Assembly: GCF_023055435.1 (NCBI RefSeq)
Contig: NW_025964001.1
Span: 43,276,001-43,340,000 of the forward strand
Reading direction: 5' to 3'
DNA: 64,000 nt
DNA from: Haliotis rufescens
Taxonomy: Eukaryota
Every line of letters begins with the position of its first letter. The stretch's first letter is position 1. Position numbers and translations under genes: made by a program. The notes beneath the pieces are model-generated. The model was not told the origin of the DNA, made no database searches, and saw nothing but the letters and a program-made list of their open reading frames with translations. Shown in pieces: positions 53,744-64,000 of the stretch.

Positions 53744-56700
53744 TTAGGGCAGAGAATCCTGGGAAGAATACGAGTAGGAACATATATAATGATCGCTGCT
53801 CCTGATTGGCTGTGATATTAGATCGCCACGTGACTGCACGTGTGAACCGCTCCTCTCAAACGACGCCGACAGAGCCGGTGACGAATATGCCCGAGAGCCA
53901 CTGTCCTGTATCGTCACTTCTTCTTCATTATATATGCCGTGTTCAGCACCACGGGACCGACATGCGAACACTCTGAAATCATAATGGACAAACACATGAC
54001 GAGTACGCTTGATGAGGCAAATGAAGCAGGATCACATTCCCAGTCTGCCTAATCAGTTTTATTATCAAGATCAATTTATTAATTAGCGATTACCCAAGTC
54101 GTACATGTATGTACATAAAAAACAATATCAACATACTTAATATGTGCGACAAAACTCTTTCCATATTCATAAGAAATAGCTTCTGAAGGCAGAGTCGATT
54201 GTACGAATCTAGCTATATATGATGAGCATGGGTTTTGGAATAAACTATCAAATAGTGATAATACAGCAGAGTCCATTGTACAGAACGATACGGTATATAG
54301 ACAGAGTTTATACTGTACTGAAATTGCTGTCATTATGCTGCAAAATGATTCATGAACACATACATGCATGTACTTATAAAATGTTTGAAATCGTAGAATG
54401 GACAGCAGGGATTTCTAATGATTATGGAAAGGGTTTTGTCGCTTATACTTATGTGGAGAGGATTATTATGTTCCTCATCTGTATTTCTGTGGTATATTAC
54501 TCTCAAGGTTTAGTTCATCATAGCTTGTGCAATAGTCTTTTTTAATATTGGGTTCAGGTGCTGGGCAGTGCTTTGGTGTATACGCACATGAACACAGTGA
54601 CAGAGAGCAGTTGTAGACCAGCCATGACGAGATAGACACTCCCTCGCATCACCTCAACAGTGGCCTGGTACAGGGAGTTGAACACCGGGGTTCCCAACAG
54701 GGTACACACTGCCTGAACCAGCATCAGACTCGTGAAGAGAGAACCTGACAGAAGATTAAACCAAGAGTGAACCTGTCAGATGATATTACCAAGAGAGGAC
54801 CTGACAGAAGATATAACCAAGAGTGAACCTGATTGAAGATATAACCAAGAGAGAACCTGACAAAAGATATAACCCAGAGAGAACATGACAGAAGATATAA
54901 CAAAGAGTGAACCTGACAGAATATATAACCAAGAGAGAACCTGACAGAAGATATAACCAAGAGAGAACCCGACAGAAGATATAACCAAGAGTGAACCTGA
55001 CAGAAGATATAACCAAGAGAGAACCTGACAGAAGATTTAACCAAGATAGAAGCTGTCCTATGATGTAACCATTCAAGAAGTGAGAACCTGTCACAATTTA
55101 TAATCATTTATGGGTATTGCTTTTGGCAAGATAAAGCTGACGTATTGAAAACGGTATCCTTAGGGGTCATATAGGGATAAAGATGAAAATATGAAAGGTT
55201 AGGAAGGTTTTATTTTCAGTGCTTACAAACAAACATGGAGTTGCCCTTGTCTATCGGCGTTCGAGTCAGAATTAACCATCAGGGATCTGGACTGTTGTAC
55301 AGTTATGACACGTGAAGAGAGAACTCATCACAAGATATGAACATGTAAGCACTCTCTGTACCAGTATGAGAAACGTGAAGAGAGAACCTGTCACAAGATA
55401 TGACCATGTAAGCACTCTCCGTACCAGCATCAGAACCGTGAAGAGAGAACTCATCACAAGATATGACCATGTAAGCACTCTCTGTACCAGTATCAGAAAC
55501 GTGAAGAGAGAACCTGTCACAAGACATGAACATGTAAGCACTCTCCGTACCAGCATCAGAACCGTGAAGAGAGAACTCATCACAAGATATGACCATGTAA
55601 GCACTCTCTGTACCAGTATCAGAAACGTGAAGAGAGAACCTGTCACAAGACATGACCATGTAACACTCTCCGTACCAGCATCAGACACGTGAAGAGAGAA
55701 CCTGTCACAAGACATGAACATGTAAGCACTCTCTGTATCAGCATCAGACACGTGAAGAGAGAACCTGTCACAAGACATGACCATGTAAGCACTCTCCGTA
55801 TCAGCATCAGGCAGGTGAAGGGAGAACCTGTCACAAGACATGACCATGTAAGCACTCTCCGTACCAGCATCAGACACGTGAAGAGAGAACCTGTCACGAG
55901 ATATGACCATGTAAGCACTCTTTGTACCAGCATCAGACACGTGAAGAGAGAACCTCTCACAAGATATGACCATGTAAGCACTATTTGTACCAGCATCAGA
56001 CACGTGAAGAGAGAACCTGTCACAAGATATGACCATGTAAGCACTCTTTGTACCAGCATCATACACGTGAAGAGAGAACCTGTCACAAGATATGACCATG
56101 TAAGCACTCTCTGTATCAGCATCAGACACGTGAAGAGAGAACCTGTCACAAGACAAAAAACCATAAAAGCACAAATCAAACAAATAATTGAATCAAACAA
56201 TCTATTTGCTGCTAAGTATCAGTGACATTTACATCAAATAAAAACAACAATTTCCTATAATTTTTCATATATGTCCAAGTACATGTACGTTTAGTGAAAG
56301 TTGATTTGCGCCGAAGTCAGCAATATCCTTGCTTTATCACTGCGGCATGTGAATAGCTTAATAATCAAGTAGTTTATGCCAACAATGCGATCCACGTGAC
56401 CTTAGTCAGGGTCAACAAGGTTACTGTAACAACTGAATCCCTACTTAAGAAGGTTCTTCTGATAAGCATTGGATACTGGGTATGGTATTTGTATATGCTG
56501 ATGCCTCTTAACAATACCATATCTTTAATAGAATTCGAAGATAGACATGTTGTATTTCAGTACTTTTAATGATTAATACCTTGTCTGTCTTTTGGTGACA
56601 TTCTGGACATGATCGCTCGAACCGTCGGGGAAATCGCAAACGTGAAAGCCTCCAGTCCTGCAACTGATTTAAATAATTCTTTATCACAACCACATCAACA

Positions 56701-58163
56701 TTATGTTACCAGTATGAGGTTTTCCTTATTAAAGTATGTATTTTAGGTCAGTGAGTGAATGTTGGTTTTATGTCAAAGTCAGCGATATCTTAGCCATTAC
56801 ACGTCGGCCTGGTGAATCGAAAATAAATCTGGGATACTAGTGTTTGATAGCAGGAGCAGCGATTAAACACACGCTCACATATTATGATCACATGAGCATC
56901 ATATAAGACGACTCTAGTGATCTACTTTGCCCCAAATCAAGTTGGATTTACATTTGGTGAATTTGTTTTAAAAGATTGTTCATCCATTATCATGTGATGA
57001 TGTTTCTCCTGCATCTTACCCCCATACATCATCCAGTCTGTGTACGCCAGCCCACGGAGAGTATACGCTGCCACCATCACGAAAGAGCTGGCTATTCCAA
57101 TGATCTCATCACTGATACAGTGTTGGAGGAACTTAATGATCGGCACACCAAACACCTGCTTCAGCGCAGTCCCCGCCATTGTATAATACCCAATCGTTTC
57201 AGGAGTCCAGCAGAATGGTTTGTTCAGCACATACAGCGTTCCAGTGTTGGATACACCACTCGAAGGCAAGATGAAGAACAGGTACGTCACCAAAGCTAGT
57301 ATAAACAGGAGACGGGTCTGTTTGGTGTCATCAAATAGATAAAATCCAACAATTCTTTTGATGCCTTTGCGGGGACCAAAACACTCTTTCTGTTGCACTT
57401 CTGATCGCGGCAGAGTCTCCGTGACACACAGAAGAACAAACACGACCGCCAGTAACATCAATATGACCGAGGTGAACGAAGGGTAGAGGAATCCAGTTCG
57501 CTGGATAAAGAATCCACTTGCCGTTTGGGAAGCAGCATTTGCAAGACTCAGAGTTGTTTCAAGAACGGCTATTGCTATAGTCCTGGTTTTCTTGGGAGGA
57601 GTGTTGTCGGCGGTGTAGGCATAACTCGCCAGGAGGAAGGAGTAGTCGTAACCCGTTATACCGGAGATTATCTCCCCAATGAAGTAGTAGTTGAAGTCCA
57701 GTTCCCAGTAGATGATGGCGGTCAGTGTACAGTATCTCACTATACAACCCGTCATGGCCACAACAAACATCACTTTCCGACCAATAAAATCAGAATAGGC
57801 TCCAACGAATACGATATTCAGAACAACAAATATACCCCGGGCCACTGTGAAATACATTTGTTTCCTTGATGTCATTTGCTGAGCCTTCTCCTGAAGAAGG
57901 TAATGTTTATCTGACTTGTTTACATAGCAGGTTTGATTAACAGAGACGTGGTGAGTTTCATTTCCAAACACCTTTTCTGTCATCCGTCTGTATAAATACT
58001 GGTCCATTGTAGGATTATGGAAATTAGTTGCTATGAAATATAGACATACCACGACGTTTCCTATGACGAGATTCCGAATGTTAAGGCTTTGACCTCCAGG
58101 CTTGGGCAGCAATGGGAACGTCTCCGTGCCCCGGCCACGGGTCTGCTTGTCATATACACTCAT
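53744..58163 (-). CDS. SLC46A-like: SLC46-family transporter copy F (~537 aa); exons 57020-58163, 56580-56663, 54588-54744, 53744-53972
   Basis: Exon 2 VAGLEAFTFAISPTVRAIMSRMSPKDRQG; 157-bp exon 3 GSLFTSLMLVQAVCTLLGTPVFNSLYQATVEVMRGSVYLVMAG...; exon 4 VFACRSRGAEHG...QDSLP*. All introns are GT/AG and in the paralog phases. Confidence 0.88.
54737..55044 (-). repeat. 28-bp minisatellite x11, each unit a copy of the exon-3 3' splice site of copy F
   Basis: Minus-strand unit TTGGTTATATCTTCTGTCAG|GTTCTCTC; the last unit is the acceptor of the intact exon 3. Confidence 0.92.
55307..56153 (-). repeat. 63-bp minisatellite x~14, each unit an acceptor plus the first ~38 nt of exon 3 of copy F
   Basis: Minus-strand unit ...CTTACATGGTCATATCTTGTGACAG|GTTCTCTCTTCACGTGTCTGATGCTGGTACAGAGAGTG. 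It translates GSLFTCLMLVQRV versus exon-3 GSLFTSLMLVQAV. One 1-bp deletion lies near 55663. Confidence 0.92.
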
Positions 58164-58524
58164 GTTAAAGGTTGTGTGGGTGGGTGTACGTTAGCCCGGG
58201 CCCCACTGAAGATGAGGTCGCAAGTACATGCAACGACGATGAACACCCACGTCATCACCGTATACAGCAACTTAACACACAAGGTATAGAGTACGTCGTC
58301 CAAGTGGCTAGGCTGTGTTCAAGTAAAAGGTGTATAGAGCGTTATGCTGTGTGTGTACTTTGATTTACAGATAACTGATAACCCCGATGTGCTGATCATA
58401 TCTGTAAACATCCACAATGATATACATATATTGCTATAGTCCTAGTTTTCTTGGGAGGAGCGTTGTTAGCAGTGTAAGCATAGATACGTATATCAATAAA
58501 AAAATCAAATTAACATATTAACCT

Positions 58525-59595
58525 TTTCGTCACAAATTGCATAATGGACATAAACGTCACTTCGTAAATTGCATAAGGGATATCAACTTCACGTCACAAA
58601 TTGTATAATGGAGTCCATAAGCTTCACGTCACAAATTCTCAAGTGGACATAAGCTTTAGGCCATAAACTGTATGATGTATATATATTTTACGTCACACTA
58701 TTCACGAGTATACAAGAAGTACATATAAAGAAATTCACACAAAATGAATCGCCCACGGTTACACATGATTGATTAGTGTGAAAGTATGTAATTGTATGCT
58801 AATAGTTCTTCGGGTCCAACAGTTTGATATTCTCATGTGGTTGTGGTTGGGGTACGGGTTGGGGTGTGTGGGTCTGGGTTTTTATCGCAAACAAAAATTG
58901 TCCCCGAAAATTCAAGAAAAATATTATTATACTTCAAACTGTTGAAAACAAATTCATGGCCAGAGTTGCAAATAAAACAATATCTGGTTCTGTAGCTGTA
59001 GCTGAACAAATAAAATATCTAATTTCGATACGAACTCCCACCCCCTCCAGAATATCAAATGGTCGGTCCCTTAAAAGCTTAGAAAATGATATTCGAAACG
59101 CAATGTAAAATGTCACCTACAGTCGTGGATATATGAAGACACGTTTCAAGGCGTTACGCGGACAACGTATTTGCCTTATTTGCGACGTGAAGTATATATT
59201 CATTATACCCTGGTATTGAAGTCAAGAAAACATCCATTTCACAATTTGTGCCGTGACAGGCATATATCCATTGTACCCTGTTTGTGATGTGAAAGTTATA
59301 TTCATTATACTATTTGCTACGTGAAGGATATATTCAATAATTATGCCCCATTTGTGACTTCAAGAAAATATCCCTTGTACCATATGTGACGTGAAAGTGA
59401 TATATCAACTGTAACATTTGTGACGTGAAAGTCATATATCAACTGTACCATATTTGTGAAGTGAAAGTGATATCCATTACACTATTTGCGACGTGAAGGA
59501 TATAATCGTTAAACCCCATTTGGGACGGAACAAAATATCCATAAAACTATTTGTGACGTGAAGGATATAAGCCACTAAATGTTATTTGTGACGGG
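58525..59595. repeat. Degenerate ~35-bp repeats (ATTTGTGACGTGAAG core) in two inverted blocks flanking a TIR MITE (~58811-59072)
   Basis: CTTCACGTCACAAAT copies at 58525-58700 and ATTTGTGACGTGAA copies at 59180-59595. Central element ends gggtccaacagtttgatattct and agaatatcaaatggtcggtccct. Confidence 0.65.
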
Positions 59596-61320
59596 AACGG
59601 TATCTACACAATATACCATTTTCCTTGAGGTATTGCTCCTGTATATCCAAGCTGCAAAATATGAAGGAAGATGCAGTTATTACGTCTATATTGTTGCTGA
59701 TAAATGTCTAATTGACAGATGGTTGTGTAACTCAATAAAAGAACGACATTGGCACACATGAGGTATCTATATTTAAATCCATTTTTAATGTGCTATATAC
59801 ATCGACTTCTCGAAATGTATTCATCAGTAAAAGTTGTACGTAAATTCATATGGTTTTCCTTCATACAGATAACCGCTACAGCGACCGAAATAAATAAAGC
59901 AACATACAAAATATATTGATGTTCTATCAATACTCTCATTTACTTTAATTTTTGTACAAAGAGCTAGGGAGGTGTTTTACATTTTGAGATAGATTTGTCC
60001 CTCATATATTACATTCAGATTGAATTTAACAAGAAAATGACCAGGAGAACTTGACCGACAAACCAACGTACTTAAACGTGAAAGTCGAGTCCATTGTGAA
60101 AGCGACAGGCACTTACAGTCTAAGAGAGATAACTCTAGTTACCTGAAAAGAGAACGAATGTGAACACTGTCAGTGAGTTGGGGAATTCTAATGTGTCAAG
60201 TAACTGGTAAGAAATGGTAAGTGATCGCATGTTTTGTACATGTTGCTGGATGTATGGTTAGGTTGTGTGGAAGTGACGAGATTGTAGAAATGTCAGTTTG
60301 GGTCTAGATCTTAAATATACAAGTCGTGTTGTGACCAACTGTGTTACGATCTTTTACTATTATGTCTATGATGGCGTCTTGACGTTATCATGAAAACTAC
60401 ACACGATATTGTGTTTATAGATAAATATTTCATTTTCTACTTAGCGTCTGTAAATCAACTAAAGCCTGAAACTGTTACAGTACATAATATACAACATAGA
60501 CAAAATAATGTCCGAAGGAGACTGAACGTAATACCCAGATGTATTGTTCTGGGTGTTTAGTTGTAATGGCAGTTTGTTTTCCCAAGGTTGAGATTTCGTT
60601 TCCTAGCATCAGTGTTCTGGTCCCCATAGCAATCTGAGGCAATGGAAATTCCACATATCGCAGCCAGAAAACACAATTCCACAAAGTGAATAAGAAAAGT
60701 AAAATACATATACACCTTTATTAAAAAAATTAAACATTTGCATTAAACATCACACAGCCTGATCATTGCATCCCTTACACTCTGTCAGCACACACGACAA
60801 GCATTGAATGCTGGGGACTATCCTTCTCCGGAATACTCATGCTGGGTTAGAATTAATGTATTCAACGGCACCTAAATCACATTTAGGTCATCTACCATTT
60901 GTAGAACTAGCAGCGAGTACGTGACTGACATATGCATATCCCGGCAGTCAACAATATGCAGCTATAGCTCGGCGACCTGTACACTGTAGTGGGTCAAACC
61001 ACGAGCATCAAACCCAGCGATTTAGCCATGTTAGACACAAAACAGTTTAATTTTACCACAAGCAAGATATACTGGGGATCTAGTCTGCCCCCAAATCCCC
61101 ACAGAGCATCGTGAGATAATTGAACAGTCATTCATCGGAACTTTATGACGTGAGCAATAAAATAACTCACATACAGCGTGCATAACAAACATATAATGAA
61201 AGCACTTTGGGATATTTTTTTGTATATAGCGTCTGTCATTCAAGTGCAATGGCCTAAGGGGATCATTTCAACTCTTGACAAAGGCAAGCCTTTTACCGGC
61301 GTCGTGAAAATGAACACCAG

Positions 61321-64000
61321 CTACTCGGCTGTTTTAATAAGCGGTCCATCCTCATTGCCATACGCCGACTGAACATGTACGTGTATGCTAGCCTGGGTGA
61401 TCTCTGTCACCTCCTGGCCTGCCACCGACCGCGCATGCTCGTGCATTGTTGGATCTCCGGTTATGTCTGTCTGTGTCCCTTTGTGCACTGTGACCACGCG
61501 CTGAACATGTGGAACACCTGGTTGAACCTGTTGAACATCGCGATCGCGCGAAGCCTGCGGAACATCGCCGTTTTGTCTGATCGGTTTTGACACGAATATA
61601 TAGATCCTGAAACAAAGAATAGGCGTGATAATTGCATCCTTCTATGATAACCCACGTGGAAAAGATTTCAGTGATAATACGTTCAGTTTACTATTACTAT
61701 ATTTACTATTATATATAGGTCTTTACGAGTAGGTCTTCGGTAAACCCATGCATGCCGTAAAATGTGACTATGCTTGTCGTAAAAGGCGACTAACGGGATC
61801 GGGTGGTCTGGCTCGCTGACTTGTTGCATGTCATCGATGTTGCGTGGATCAATGCTCATGATATTAAACACTGGACTGTCTGGTCCAGACTCGATTATTT
61901 ATATGACCGCCGTCATATAGCTGGAATTAATGCTGAGTGCGGCGTTAAACAACAAACCAACCAACCAACTTTATGTTCCGCACTGTATGTAAAATGATCA
62001 TTAATGGAACCTAAAACATTCATTCACTGGGGACAGTTTCTCTGTGAGTATGTGTTGTGCTCTAATTAAGTAAATGTTTAATGTGATAATCTCTCCTGAA
62101 CAATGATACATACCTAAACCGGGCCCTGCGTTTGAATTTACTTATTCACTTCTCGGTTACAAGTTTACAATCAGGATAGGGGCACAATGGACCTACGTGT
62201 ATTTCAACTAGATTCATAGCAAGGGAGTTTGACACTTTAGTCCATGCTCGTGCAGATCTATATTGTTTGTTTGTTGTTTTGAAATATTCCAGCAGTATGA
62301 CGGCGGCCTGTGAAGTCTGGACCAGACAATCCAGTGATTGATATTATGAGCGACTTTCCACGCCGTCGGGGTTTGATGACACGAAAATCAACCACATCAC
62401 TGTGCCTGACAATCCGATCCATTGTGCGGCCTCTTATGGTCAGCATAGTTTACTGGCGATCTATTCCAACCCGGAATTGCCACGGATAGGAGTATTATTA
62501 AAACTGCGCAGCAATCCTCGATCAATCATTAGCTGACAAAATTGATTTAAGACGGTCATGGATTGTGAATATAGAGGAGAAGAAGTAAATTAAATACTTA
62601 CACAAGAACAATAGCACCGACAACATGTGTGCCTCCCAAGAAGATGAAGACCATCCCTCTCCACACCACCACCGTGTCCTGGTAGATGCTGCTGAAGATA
62701 GGAGTCCCCACCAGCGAGCACATCGTCTCCACCACTGCTATACTGGCGAAGAGGGAACCTGCAACAATACAACAGCAATGTACATAGATGTGTATTCTTT
62801 AAAACTACGTTTGTTTACACTGCAGTCAGCAATATTCCAGCTCTAACATGGTGGCAATTGTTAGGCAGACCAGTGACAGAAGGAATAAACAGTTGTGAGG
62901 GTACGATGACTTGCAATCCGCAAAAGACACCAAGTCTGACAAGCCGATCCAATTTAGATACCTCTTAATAAAAACAAATTAAGCAATAAAGTGCTGAGGA
63001 CCTATCCCATTCGTGTCCCCGTGTGGTAATTATGTCTTTAGCATGTATTTAGGCTGAACAACAGAAAGCCACTTATTTTGTCTGCGGAGAGTCATCCGTT
63101 GTATCACAGGCTGTGAGTGAAGGTATTTCATTGACATGATATTCTTATGATATATTCAGTACATCCTCGATAGACACATTCTGACCTTGTTTGTTAGCTG
63201 GAGCCAACCGGGACAAGATGGAGCGAACAATTGGGAACAACGTGGCAGCAGGGGTTTTGATGCTGGCAACTGGAAGAACAATAATATGAAGAGTGTTATA
63301 AATCACACATAACTTAATAAATCTAAGAAAGGAACATTTAAATGTGTCATAGCCCAAATGCTATATCAATATTAAAAGCCAATGTTGATATTTGAATGAA
63401 TATTTTCAGAAATAATGAACCGTCATTTATGCTATTACGAGACAAATGACTCTTTTCTTTATTTTTCAGCACATGTGATCGAAAACTTAAATGTCATCCA
63501 TAATTTATTAAGTACCAAAAGGGAAAACGGATTATATTTCAATTCGTTACCATCACAAATTCCCGGAAATGTAAAATAGTCGATCAAATTCACTATCTAT
63601 TACCTCCGTACATCATCCAGTCTGTGCTTGCAATAGACTGTAGGCTGTCTGCTACACCTATCGCCAGAGAACCAATCACTCCTATCACCTCATCGATACA
63701 GCAACACTGTAACAGTCGCGTCAACGGGACACCGATCACCTGTTGTGCCACAGAGCTTATTGTACTATAGTAACCTATTTTCTCAGGGGTCCAGCACAAT
63801 GGAAGGTTCAGTTTGAATAGTGTTTCAATATTAGACGCCCCCACGCCTGGCAAGGCAGTGAAAACGAATATCAAGATAGCTAATATGAAACATATTCGCT
63901 TCCGTTTACTGCCCTCCAAAATATAAAATCCGAACACTCGACGACATCCTTCAAGAGGTGTAATCCAACTGTTCTTCGGTCTTTTAATCCCCCTTCTCTC
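61321..64000 (-). CDS. SLC46A-like: SLC46-family transporter copy G, 5'-partial; exons 63604->64000, 63186-63269, 62602-62758, 61321-61606
   Basis: LFKLNLPLCWTPEKIGYY motif; exon 2 VASIKTPAATLFPIVRSILSRLAPANKQG; exon 3 GSLFASIAVVETMCSLVGTPIFSSIYQDT...; long exon-4 tail ending EDGPLIKTAE*. Confidence 0.9.
61725..61968 (+). mobile_element. SINE family 3
   Basis: Matches 9044-9313; (AACC)n tail. Further degenerate copies at ~19860-20310, 35925-36150, 36665-36870 and 62263-62480. Confidence 0.8.

Noticed and set aside
54745-56145. Recursive-splicing (AG|GT) ratchet points
   Set aside because: Each acceptor is followed by GT, but the regenerated donor GTTCTC is a very poor match to GTRAGT. Not supportable without RNA data.
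54737-56153. CRISPR-like array or stand-alone repeat-protein ORFs (e.g. 55689-56225 +, 55272-56183 -)
   Set aside because: The units are contiguous with no unique spacers, there are no cas genes, and the context is eukaryotic. The ORFs are by-products of stop-free repeats.
60125-60160. Strong minus-strand acceptor-like TTCTCTTTTCAG|GTAACT between copies G and F
   Set aside because: No linked reading frame or partner donor identifiable. It could be a UTR exon, but this is unsupported.

Overview
AT-rich, repeat-dense eukaryotic DNA. The SINE/LINE content suggests a mollusc, probably a gastropod such as abalone (inference). The window is a head-to-tail, minus-strand tandem cluster of SLC46-family (PCFT/SLC46A3-like) MFS transporter genes. 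Seven copies have intact reading frames (A-G; A and G run off the window edges) and two are pseudogenes. All share one 4-exon plan: ~1.1-kb exon 1, 84-bp exon 2, 157-bp exon 3 and a variable terminal exon, with intron phases 1/1/2. I reconstructed the exons by hand from GT/AG sites. Spacers and introns hold decayed LINEs (I/Nimb and CR1/L2 groups), Tc1 and THAP transposase relics, MITE-like elements and several SINE families. The most unusual structure is in copy F: intron 2 contains two minisatellites (14x63 bp and 11x28 bp) built from copies of the exon-3 splice acceptor, giving more than 20 competing 3' splice sites, of which only the last yields a full-length protein. Copy D independently carries a duplicated exon-2 acceptor and a GT(GAGT)9 donor microsatellite. 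Paralogs also differ at cavity residues (including loss of the PCFT-R376-equivalent Arg in copy C) and at sorting motifs (N-terminal dileucine variants; a KxTQT LC8 motif in copy G). Functional interpretations are hypotheses.
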